From contig OZ320313.1 in assembly GCA_976226885.1 (NCBI GenBank), positions 61,442,001 to 61,506,000 on the forward strand: DNA of 64,000 nucleotides. The letters run 5' to 3'. The notes beneath the pieces are model-generated. The model was given only the letters and a program-made list of their open reading frames with translations, did no database searches and was not told where the DNA came from. Position 1 is the first letter of the stretch. The number at the start of each line of letters is the position of its first letter. This document shows, one piece after another, positions 1-9,438 of the stretch. This stretch comes from Iphione sp. A-MEVVRFRX5 (taxonomy: Eukaryota). The position numbers were made by a program, and so were the translations under genes.

Positions 1-1428
1 ACTGAGAATAGCCTGGACGAAGTATGGGATAACTGGTTGAGTAATTGCATTAGGGTTGTGGATGAACTGGCTCCATGGCAAACAGTTGAATTGAGACCTA
101 AAGAATCGATTGCGATTGGTCCGGTACTGAAGAAATTAAGAGCTGAACGGATATACTTTCATAAAAAGTGGGTGAAAACCAAAATAATTGACTATAAACG
201 GATTTCTTGTTACTATCGGAACAAGTTTAATATGTTAGTACGGCAAGAACACCGTGATAGATTTGTATGTAAGTTGAATAAATGTGGTACACAGGATGCG
301 GACTATTGGAGGATAATAAATGAAACTATTTTCGGTAGGGTGCGTGACTGTAAGAATATAAGGTTGCGAATGGATACTGGGATAGTAGATGGATTGAATG
401 TATGCGATGTAATGAATGAAGGGTTTGTCAACAGTGTAAATGATATTGCTAAGTCGATGAGAGTGAGTGCTGGAAATATAAAAAATGTTGCAACGGATAT
501 GGGTGTTTTCACTGAAGTTTCATTTGAGGAGGTGGCAAAGTTGATTAGGGAAATTAAGTTAAGTAAACCATCTGGGATTGAGGGGCTTAGTACTCGATTT
601 TTGAAGGATTGCTTGAATTGTACTTTATACCAATTTACAGCTTTATTGAATGAGTCCCTCAGGCGCGGTGTAGTGCCGGGGGGCTGGAAAGAAGCTGTAG
701 TTGTCCCTATTTATAAAAAGGGTAGTCCGTTGTTGAACAAAAATTATAGGCCGGTGTCCCTCCTCCCGGTGCCCGGAAAATTGTTGGAAAAATTAGTATT
801 ATCCAGAGTAAGTGTACATGCTGACAATATAAACCTGTTCAGTCACAGTCAGTTTGGATTCCGGCCCGGGAGGGGCACACTAACGGCGGGTGCTGCATTT
901 CTAAAACAAATTTATGAAGCGTTGAATCAAAAGTCATATGCAGCATCATGTTTTCTGGATATGTCAAAGGCATTTGACCTCGTTGATCATTCTCTATTAC
1001 TTTCTAAATTACATAGCTATGGTTTTCGTGGTAAGGTTTTACAATGGTTTAGGTCTTATTTGGGTGATCGTATACAAAGGGTAAGGGCTAATAATGCTAT
1101 TTCAAAACCACAGAAAGTTGTTGTTGGGGTACCCCAGGGTTCCATTTTGGGACCCTGGTTGTTCATCGTTATGATTAATGATATAGTAGATATAGTTTTT
1201 CCATCAAAAATCATAATTTATGCTGATGATATTACTGTCATATCAACGGGGTCAAATGCCTTGTCATTGCGAACAAAAATGCAACACAGTATAAATAGTA
1301 TTAGGTTGTGGTGTGAGAATAATGGATTGCTGATAAACAATGAGAAGACAAAAATTATGCTATTTGGAAAAGCGAGGGGATTTGCATTAGATATAAAACT
1401 AGGGGAGGTGGTTTTGGAACAGGTTAGA
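1..1428 (+). CDS. LINE ORF2, N-terminal segment (linker plus reverse transcriptase core), partial
   Basis: Frame 1 is open from base 1 (TENSLDEVWDNWLSNCIRVVDELAPW...), so the track start at TTG 37 is not the real start. The last four residues YCPV* (1429-1443) come from the inserted B2 repeat. Confidence 0.93.
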
Positions 1429-1649
1429 TATTGCCCAGTCTAGTGGCTCCCCAGGCAATCGCAGTAATCAGAATATTAATAGAACTAATGCATATCATAG
1501 ACACAGGTTGGTAAACACAAATATTTATTAAACTGACACATGAGTCTCTTGAGACTGAAATACATGTGATAAACAGATTCCAATGGCAATATAGCAAGAT
1601 TACTCCTTATGAGCACACATTACACTTACAGAATCAAAATACAATACAC
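1429..1649 (-). repeat. Split direct repeat B2 (221 bp, element 3' end)
   Basis: Identical to B1. Carries a minus-strand AATAAA at 1524-1529. Confidence 0.97.
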
Positions 1650-1800
1650 AGCACCATGCATACCATGGAGTATCAATACAATACACATATGAGAATAAAC
1701 AAAAGTCTCTGGAGACTGAATCATACAAGCCACCCTTATGGTAGCCCCTAGAGGCTAATGGATATACATCTCATGCCCGTGCGGGGCTGGGTGGGTGGTT

Positions 1801-1910
1801 TCGAATTTCAAACGCCAACTGACCCAGCGTTGGCGCGAACGACAGAGGTGAGACCGTAGAGGGCGCCACACATGGTCAATAACTTGCAACTGTCTGTACA
1901 GTGGCGCCAC
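1801..1910 (-). repeat. Split direct repeat A2 (110 bp, internal)
   Basis: Identical to A1 and directly abuts B1 at 1910/1911. Confidence 0.97.
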
Positions 1911-2131
1911 TATTGCCCAGTCTAGTGGCTCCCCAGGCAATCGCAGTAATCAGAATATTAATAGAACTAATGCATATCATAGACACAGGTTGGTAAACAC
2001 AAATATTTATTAAACTGACACATGAGTCTCTTGAGACTGAAATACATGTGATAAACAGATTCCAATGGCAATATAGCAAGATTACTCCTTATGAGCACAC
2101 ATTACACTTACAGAATCAAAATACAATACAC
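1911..2131 (-). repeat. Split direct repeat B1 (221 bp, internal)
   Basis: Matches 1429-1649 base for base by eye (offset 482). Confidence 0.97.
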
Positions 2132-2147
2132 CATACCCAAAGGGGTT

Positions 2148-3128
2148 TTACGCCAAGTCAGTCATGGAGGCTAGCACCTTGGCTGCTTGGTTGGATGCTA
2201 ACCTCCTACTAGTGTATGCTGCTGAGCCTGGCAGCGTCTTCCAGGTGCCCTGGGCTAAAATTTGAGAGTCAGTAGCGCCTGCTTCCTGCAGTGCCTGAGC
2301 ACCTCCCCTACGGAAACTGTGCAGTGAATAATTAGTAGCTGGATACCCTAAATGGGACAAAGCTTTCTTAAGTGTTAGGGTTAACTTATTCACAGGAAAG
2401 GCCTGATGATGAACAGGGTCAACGAAGAGGGGTTGTTGCGGGGAACGAGTAGGGCTAATATCTAGCATCCTGAGGAGATTTTTTCTTGGGCACACTTGAG
2501 ATGGCACAGTAGGCAGATATATGAACTCTGGAGGGGCTTGGGATATGGTCTTGGACCATTTGACTCTCACTATTACTACGGTGGATGTAACCTCAATGTC
2601 ATCCCTCGTAAGCTGCTTGGTAGGATTGAACCTTTGACTATCCCTGGGGGCTATGTTGCTTTGTCGGACCATGCTAAAAAATAGGAAGGTGAAAATGGCT
2701 TGTAATACAGTACCGAGGGGGCCCAGGGGGGTCAGGTAATTGTGGAGGCGGTGGAGCATCTGAATTGTAATCGGTGATTTCTGGGAAGGGATATGAGTCG
2801 TAGTCAACTTAAGGGCCTTCAGGGCTGTCGATACTCTAAATGAGTTAATGGCAGTGAGGGAGTAATCCTTGGCCAATAACAGATATCTAAGAGAGGACAC
2901 ATATTGAGATGTTACTTCTGGAGTAAAGGGGACCAGATTTAGGTATTCAATGTATAGAAGGATATGGTGTTCTTCTAGGGATTCCAATGGGAATTTATGG
3001 CGAGAGAAGAATGCGACCCCTAGCTCTGCCTGTTGGGTCCTCCTGTGGTGAGTGCTGGGGGCTACAGCTTGTGTTTGACGCTTGATGGCCCGCTGGGCCA
3101 GCATACTCAACGCAGGTTCTGTAATCAA
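2148..3128 (-). CDS. Ngaro ORF3, tyrosine recombinase (326 aa from TTG; first ATG at 3104)
   Basis: Catalytic set: R in FFSMVRQSNI, HxxR in SLHSFRRGGA, W in QGTW, Y in SAAY. Also the SPIT motif typical of DIRS-order YRs. Confidence 0.95.
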   Translation of the reverse strand: MITEPALSMLAQRAIKRQTQAVAPSTHHRRTQQAELGVAFFSRHKFPLESLEEHHILLYIEYLNLVPFTPEVTSQYVSSLRYLLLAKDYSLTAINSFRVSTALKALKLTTTHIPSQKSPITIQMLHRLHNYLTPLGPLGTVLQAIFTFLFFSMVRQSNIAPRDSQRFNPTKQLTRDDIEVTSTVVIVRVKWSKTISQAPPEFIYLPTVPSQVCPRKNLLRMLDISPTRSPQQPLFVDPVHHQAFPVNKLTLTLKKALSHLGYPATNYSLHSFRRGGAQALQEAGATDSQILAQGTWKTLPGSAAYTSRRLASNQAAKVLASMTDLA

Positions 3129-5209
3129 AACGAGAGAATCGAAGATACAACAGACTTAGATGGATATACTCTCTTAATATCGGGGTGTTCTCGTCTGAAC
3201 CTATTAAATACGGCCCTGTATTTCGTTGCAGACTGCAATCGGGATAGTGCGTCAGCGTATAACATGAACTGACCAGGGGTGTGAGTAAATAGGAGCGTTG
3301 TGTCGGTCATGGCGGCTCTCATCCATACTGCCCTGGCTATCATGGATAAGAATTTATCCCTAGTCCTGCCTGATGATAGTACTTGAACTGTGGCCGAATT
3401 GTCACATATTACTTCAATTCTTTGGTGGGAATGGTGGGGAGTCAAGAGAGTATAGATTGCGGTGGCTACATTAAAAGCTTCTAATTGTGATATGGGAAGG
3501 TGATTCAATTCCTGTGGTATTGTAACTGAATAGTAATGGGAGGCGGAGTATGCCCCCATGCCAGTGAGAGATGCGTCACAATAGAAAGTGTCTACCGGGC
3601 GTGGCGACGGGATCATATTAACACCATTGTATCTGGGGAGGAACAGCCTGAACCATAGGAGGTCTTTAATTGACTGGTGAGAGAGATCGATGGTTGGTGA
3701 TTGTGTGTGCATGGCTTGGCGATATTGGTCTAACAGAGAGTTTATAAAAATTCTTGCATGTGGTGAGCACTTAGAGATGAAATTTATTAGGCCTAGTAGT
3801 GACTGTGCCTGTCTGATTGGGAGTGGCTTGGTTTCCAGGGCCGAAGTAAGTGCTTCTTGAAGAAGACTAATTTTTTGGTGTGGTATGGACATGACTCTAG
3901 TTTGGGTGTTGAAGGAGACGCCTAGCCATTCAACCTCGTGTGATGGGGGAAAACATTTATCGTGAGCCAATGACAAGCCAAGCCTAGAGATTAGTATCCT
4001 AAGATGGTGGTATGCTTGGGTTAGGTACGAGTAGTCTGAATGAGCTATGATGTAGTCGTCGAGGTAGGCGAAGGCAGAGACAGTTGGGTATTGGGAGGTG
4101 AATTTAGCCAGGATTGTTTCAGATATAGATTGTAATAGCAAGGAGGAATAGCGGGTGCCGAATGGAAGTGACAGGTCAGTATAATAAGCATTATCAAATT
4201 TAAATGAGAGTAGTGGCCAATCCAATGGGTCTATGGGGAAATGTCGGTACGCTCTTTTTAAGTCGAGAGAGGCTACGAATATTGTTTGTTCACTAGCTAA
4301 TATGAGGTTATAGAGGTCAATTGTTCCAGGGAGATTCACTCTGGCAGGGATAGAAAAGAAGTCATGATGTGGGATGTTGTCATTTACCCCGCTATGACAG
4401 AGGTCAACTATTATGCGTCGTTCGTGCGAATTTTTCTTAGGGCGAGTCATCAAAGGGCTAACTGTGGAGTTAGGTAGAAAGGGATCATTACTAAATGGAC
4501 CTGCTATTGCCCTGTGTCCTAACTCGGTGCACACATATTTATGTATGTGGGAATAGTCGTCGGGCTGAATGGGGTATAGGTTTGATGGATGTGGGGGGAG
4601 ATGGGTCGCTGTATAACCTATGGGAAAACCATATGTAATGAATTGCATGATAATGAAGTCGGAAGGGTCTGCCAGGTCAAGTATTTCCGCCCAATTTGGG
4701 AGGTTAAGGGGGGAATGAAGTGGAATTCGTGCTTCGAGGTGGTTCGGGAGGCCCGTGGCTCTAACCTGTGAGTAAATATCAGCAAGGTATTCAGTAAACA
4801 GGGGGGAGGGGGTAGGCCAGTATAGTACACGCGAGGTCAGGAGATTAACGTGAGTGACCGACTTTGGGGCTTTGTGTCGTACGTGGGCGGTGTGGGAGGG
4901 AGGGATGTAATCGATTGAGGGGTTGACTGGTAGTTCATTGACATTTGAACAGGAACAATATGGGTAGACGCATCGATTTAAGGCATTCGAACAATCAAAC
5001 ACATCAATTGAACAATCGGGAACAGGTGTACATTGGTAAATCGGCAGGCAATAGTTGTGATGGGGATGGTTGTAAACACTCTGTAACTGATTGATATCAG
5101 CTACCAGTCTGGATCCTGTCTCTGCCTGCGGTAGTCCGTCTGCTGGTGGGTTGGCCTGCTGGACTGCTGCTGCTGCTGTTGTGGTTGGTTGCGACGCCTG
5201 GATCGACAT
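3125..5209 (-). CDS. Ngaro ORF2, reverse transcriptase plus RNase H (694 aa)
   Basis: RT motifs LDLKRAYRHFP, SLPFG, AYLDD, EWLG. RNase H acidic residues in YCDAS, QLEA, CDNS, YADALSR. Real ATG at 5209, overlapping the end of gag. Confidence 0.96.
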   Translation of the reverse strand: MSIQASQPTTTAAAAVQQANPPADGLPQAETGSRLVADINQLQSVYNHPHHNYCLPIYQCTPVPDCSIDVFDCSNALNRCVYPYCSCSNVNELPVNPSIDYIPPSHTAHVRHKAPKSVTHVNLLTSRVLYWPTPSPLFTEYLADIYSQVRATGLPNHLEARIPLHSPLNLPNWAEILDLADPSDFIIMQFITYGFPIGYTATHLPPHPSNLYPIQPDDYSHIHKYVCTELGHRAIAGPFSNDPFLPNSTVSPLMTRPKKNSHERRIIVDLCHSGVNDNIPHHDFFSIPARVNLPGTIDLYNLILASEQTIFVASLDLKRAYRHFPIDPLDWPLLSFKFDNAYYTDLSLPFGTRYSSLLLQSISETILAKFTSQYPTVSAFAYLDDYIIAHSDYSYLTQAYHHLRILISRLGLSLAHDKCFPPSHEVEWLGVSFNTQTRVMSIPHQKISLLQEALTSALETKPLPIRQAQSLLGLINFISKCSPHARIFINSLLDQYRQAMHTQSPTIDLSHQSIKDLLWFRLFLPRYNGVNMIPSPRPVDTFYCDASLTGMGAYSASHYYSVTIPQELNHLPISQLEAFNVATAIYTLLTPHHSHQRIEVICDNSATVQVLSSGRTRDKFLSMIARAVWMRAAMTDTTLLFTHTPGQFMLYADALSRLQSATKYRAVFNRFRREHPDIKRVYPSKSVVSSILSF

Positions 5210-6102
5210 TGGTCCAGCTTGTGGTCCATCTGTTTATTAAATGCGAAGAGGCAGAATGGACAGACATGAAAACAAAACAAATCACCAGACATATGTGGGG
5301 AATAATCAGAACACTTTGAATAGTTCCATTTAGTGCAAGGGACAATATTGTCTTTGTTTGGGTGAGCAGATCTGTCTGCTTTGTCTTTGTTGTAAGTAGA
5401 GATGGACTTCTGTTTTAGAGTCTGTATTCGCTGGTTGTCTTCCCACTTAAGTCGGTCGTTAGTTGTGTTTATCCATACCTCGTGAACCCAATCTTTGATT
5501 GAGTCCCAGCTTGTCGCCTGTGTCTGCTCGGCCACGTCCCTGACATGGTCCAGTAGTATGGAATAATCAGCAGGATACTCGATAGAGGGGTCCAACAACA
5601 TGGACATAACTCCTGCTATGTATTGGGGGAAGGTAGCCTTCCTAATGTCAGCTGTGCTTAGGTCTTTAAGAATAATGTATTTTGCAGGGCTAGGCTTACA
5701 TAGCTGCTTACCCACTGTTTCTAACGCCTTTGGGTACATCGTCGTGAAGATTTCCCCGATCCTCCCTGCTTCTTCTGCTTTCAGCTTGGCTGGCGGGGTG
5801 ATTTCGTCCACATGTGTTGGAGACGTGGCCTCGTCAGTGGTGGTATCAGTCGTGTCCTGAGAGGGACCCGGTGTCGGCTGTGGTGTTGTCGTGTTGCCCT
5901 TGGCTTTTGCCGCCGCTGCCACCGATCGTGTAACGACTGTTGTGCTGGTCTGCTTGGCTTTGCCCCTGGAGATCGCGGTGTGAGAGGCAGAGAAATCATC
6001 GAATCTAGCCTCTAGATGCTCAATTTTTTCAATGAGCTTCTGCATTATCACCTCCGTAGAGACGTCCTGAGGGCCTGCGTCTTTGCCAGCGGTGTCCGGC
6101 AT
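5101..6102 (-). CDS. Ngaro ORF1, Gag-like nucleic-acid-binding protein (333 aa)
   Basis: First ORF after A1. N-terminal coiled-coil-like stretch, C-terminal Cys/His cluster C-x7-C-x12-C-x-H-x-C-x2-C-x9-H-x4-C, and a Q/R-rich tail. Confidence 0.85.
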   Translation of the reverse strand: MPDTAGKDAGPQDVSTEVIMQKLIEKIEHLEARFDDFSASHTAISRGKAKQTSTTVVTRSVAAAAKAKGNTTTPQPTPGPSQDTTDTTTDEATSPTHVDEITPPAKLKAEEAGRIGEIFTTMYPKALETVGKQLCKPSPAKYIILKDLSTADIRKATFPQYIAGVMSMLLDPSIEYPADYSILLDHVRDVAEQTQATSWDSIKDWVHEVWINTTNDRLKWEDNQRIQTLKQKSISTYNKDKADRSAHPNKDNIVPCTKWNYSKCSDYSPHMSGDLFCFHVCPFCLFAFNKQMDHKLDQCRSRRRNQPQQQQQQSSRPTHQQTDYRRQRQDPDW

Positions 6103-6148
6103 TTTCGGTTACTGTGTGATACCACTGAGGTCTATGCGTCTGCACTGG

Positions 6149-6258
6149 TCGAATTTCAAACGCCAACTGACCCAGCGTTGGCGCGAACGACAGAGGTGAG
6201 ACCGTAGAGGGCGCCACACATGGTCAATAACTTGCAACTGTCTGTACAGTGGCGCCAC
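6149..6258 (-). repeat. Split direct repeat A1 (110 bp, element 5' end)
   Basis: Matches 1801-1910 base for base by eye (offset 4348). Ends in the palindrome GTGGCGCCAC. Confidence 0.97.
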
Positions 6259-6834
6259 GAGTTTAAATTTCTGGGTCTGTTGTTAGATTGTGATCTATCA
6301 TTCTCACCAATGGTGGATGCCAAAATAAAGAAATTACGACAAACATCATATCTAGTTAGGAGATCTGGATACCTACTGAATAGGCATCAACGTAAGCAAC
6401 TACTTAACGTATTTGTTATACCACATATTGACTATGGTATTGCATTCCTTGTATGTTTAAGAAAATGTGACGAAGAGAGACTAAGAGCTGCCTGGTACAG
6501 GGCAGTTAGATCATGTGTGATGATTAATTGGGCAAACATATCCGAAATTCAAGAGTGGTTAAAATGTAATAGAATAAGAGATTTTGAACAAAGGTTAAAC
6601 TACTATTTGTTGCTAATTATTACCAACATGTATGAGCTGGGTATTTGTAAAGAACAACGGAGACTAAGTACTAGGTCGGGTCTGGGAGTCAAGCTTGAGA
6701 CTGTAAGGCCTAATTTGTCTATTTATGATAGGAGTTTTATATCAGAAGGTGTGAAACGCTGGAATCGGTTGCCACATGCTGTAACAGTACAGGGCTGTAA
6801 AGTATTGAGGGGTTTTTTGAAGAAAGGAAACTAA
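6259..6834 (+). CDS. LINE ORF2, C-terminal segment (RT thumb and C-terminus)
   Basis: Resumes EFKFLGLLLDCDLSF... in the same frame as 1-1428. The first 13 aa of track ORF 6220-6834 come from the inserted A1 repeat. Confidence 0.92.
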   Translation, partial: EFKFLGLLLDCDLSFSPMVDAKIKKLRQTSYLVRRSGYLLNRHQRKQLLNVFVIPHIDYGIAFLVCLRKCDEERLRAAWYRAVRSCVMINWANISEIQEWLKCNRIRDFEQRLNYYLLLIITNMYELGICKEQRRLSTRSGLGVKLETVRPNLSIYDRSFISEGVKRWNRLPHAVTVQGCKVLRGFLKKGN

Positions 6835-6977
6835 GGAAACTATTGGTATACATACTACCAGTATCTACTACTATGTTATGCGGTCATTATATGGTACTGT
6901 ACAAGGATGAGTTGTACGTTGAAAAGACATCTATTGCAGATGATAGTACTACTCAATAAAAGCTTTTTCAAATCAAA
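6835..6977 (+). other. LINE 3' UTR with small hairpin, poly(A) signal and short tail
   Basis: catct-attgc-agatg hairpin (6928-6942), AATAAA (6955-6960), then ctttttcaaatcaaa. The exact end is uncertain. Confidence 0.55.
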
Positions 6978-9400
6978 ACATGAATCAACTTCGGACTGCA
7001 ATGTTACGGCATTAACGACCTTTTGCATATAAATGAGACTAATTATCTTGTTACATTCGATTGTCTTAGTATAAATCATTCATAACTTTTTTATGCTAGG
7101 ATCTCTTTTTTCCCAAATATGTTCGACCTTTTTCAAATTTCGACTCTAGCTAGATTCACTACTCCTTTAGAATTACTCCCACATTAATCATGCACAAGTC
7201 GGTCTGGGGGAGTTGTATTATCTGTTTGTGATTCGTCTGATCTTTCCCGTCCCTTCTTCCTACGATGGTAAGTGCATATCTCTGGTTCTGGTCTCTATAT
7301 TCCAAACGCTGCCAAATTAATAAAAAAAATGTTGCTTGCTAAGGGCCGTGACCCGTGTTTGATATGAAATAGATGCGATCTTCATCGAGTATCACAAACA
7401 CTTTATGCTGATTCTATCTCTCCATATATGTGTGTATATGTGCGTCTTCCCTACTCTCTTTCGTCAGATGATGTGTCGTTTTACATCTGATTTGCTATCC
7501 TGTTGACATACCATGAACAGAATGATCTCTTTCTAGTAGTCTCTTTGGTCTTTCTTAAAGACTCCGGAGTCTGATGTGAACTAATCAATGATGACGCTCG
7601 TTGTGCCTTCATTTTTACCAGCGCTACATCAAACGCAGTGATAAAAACCTTGAGACATGCTGTGTCAGCCGTTTCTCTGACTAGCTTTCATTTTCACCAA
7701 TGTATACATGCAGAAACCTTAGTTTCCAGTGCATCTGATTAAACATTCATGGTTTTCAAAGAAAGTGAATACGGCCCGGTTTTACTTTCACCTGGCTGCA
7801 TTAGGCAATTGACGCTGCGGTAAAAGTCTAGCTACAGGTAATAGGCAAGGCAAAATACAATCTAGCAAATTCCTATTGGGGCCCTGCAGTAAGACCGTTT
7901 CTGTCCTCATTTCCTACAGATGGATGTAGCTATAATTACGATACAACCGAAGAGCAAAGTCTAATCAACATCTTAATGCCACGTTTCATAATTCTATCGC
8001 GGCACACTGCGATGTCGCTACATTTGAGGTAGAATATTTCCAACATTTCGCGTAATTCTTAATTCCAAATCTCCACATCAAAAGACTTTGATTATAAGTA
8101 TATATCCCTTATCTGAATCAAAGCGTTAATTATAATAAAACCTGCTCACCGCGATGATTTAGAAATGTTGAAAAGTACTCCCCTGAGCTTAATCTGCAGT
8201 GCACTAACACGGGGAAGTCAAAGTAGTCTGTGGCAGTCACTAAGAAGGGAACTCAATTAAACGTCTGGTTTCTGACGATCATTTCTCAAGATGACTTCGT
8301 TCGAAGCCGCACTCTGACAGAGTAGATAAGGTCTTGATCGAAGTTCACATGTCCAGGGATTACTGAACTCTGTTGTCCGCCGGACAATTCCCATTGGAAA
8401 TCTGGAGGCAATTCATTATATATTTACGTCGACCGATGTTTTTCGTCTGCCCATCCTCTTTCCAGAAGCCCAAGTTACTAGCATCAAAGGACATCAACAT
8501 TAGAACATGTATCAATACCATAAAGACCTTGATAACACTGTTGATGATTAGAAGTCCTGCAGGTACAACAGCATTAATATGAGCAACGACAATGACTATG
8601 TGCTAAATCTTGATTGCCAGCCACTCTGGCTAACCACATGAAATTACATGTATATGTACATACATAAGTATACTCTGCAGGAAAACATATGGTACGACCA
8701 CTGTGGTATCACCACAAATAGAACATATAGCTACCACTGAGTCCTAGCTCCCTTCATCCAACTGCGATTATTGCATTCAGCACCGCAACCGCCCAACCCG
8801 CCACAATTATCCGCCACCACCATCACAACCACCACCACCATGAGCATGCAGTATCCCTGGTGAGCACCGCTGGAATTATCGACACAGACTTGCAAGTAAC
8901 TCCTCTATGTCCTTTCAGCCCTAAGGCAATGCACTTCCTCCGCTGTACTGGGTGAACCAACGGTTAATCTTCCAAGAGGTTGTCGGAAGAAGCTACCAGA
9001 AATGACGGATTTGGGCTGACACAAACCACATGTTTAGTATCCAGATGGAGATAAATTTTTACTCGCGCAACCTGTATGGATACTACATATTTAAAAGACA
9101 TTTAATACAATTTTAAGAAAGGCTCCTCTCAATTAGGGGCTAATGATCTGTTCCCGATAAATATTACTACAGATATATCCAAGAGGTATACATGTATATA
9201 AGTTGAAGCACGAAGTGAGATTCCTCTCACCTACAGAATATCACAGACCTTAATACCGAGATTCTAATAGATTTCGATTATATTGGAAACTTAGATTTTA
9301 CGGTATTTCTCAGAGGTCAAAAATTCAATTACTTTTATGCTTCACCATATAACCACGTTACAGGCATTTTGCAGTGTTCCTACACAGTGGCATACATGCA

Positions 9401-9438
9401 CATATATATATCTATCTATATATATATATATATATATA
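9401..9438. repeat. (AT)n microsatellite, interrupted
   Basis: catatatatatctatctatatatatatatatatatata. Confidence 0.9.

Larger units (their letters stand above)
1429..6258 (-). mobile_element. Full-length tyrosine-recombinase retrotransposon (order DIRS, Ngaro/PAT-type split direct repeats), 4,830 bp
   Basis: In element orientation: A1 (6258-6149), gag, RT/RNase H, YR, B1 (2131-1911), A2 (1910-1801), 151-bp spacer, B2 (1649-1429). No TSD. No methyltransferase region between RNase H and YR. Confidence 0.96.
1..6977 (+). mobile_element. Non-LTR retrotransposon (LINE, CR1/L2/Crack-Daphne group), 5' part outside the window, interrupted by a Ngaro element at 1428/6259
   Basis: RT motifs in order (YRPVSLL, SQFGFRPG, FLDMSKAFD, GVPQGSILGP, YADD), C-terminal ...RSFISEGVKRWNRLP, then a short 3' UTR with AATAAA (6955-6960) and a caaatcaaa-type end. 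The clade assignment comes from recalled family motifs, not a search. Confidence 0.93.

Noticed and set aside
303-6217. Many short ORFs antisense to or overlapping the LINE and Ngaro ORFs
   Set aside because: Shadow frames of real coding sequence with no motifs of their own.
6220-6258. ATG start of the 204-aa ORF (MVNNLQLSVQWRH) and the 17-aa ORF MVNNLQLSVQWRHYCPV across the B1|A2 junction
   Set aside because: Antisense reading of repeat A that happens to be in frame with the LINE. No evidence of a promoter or function.
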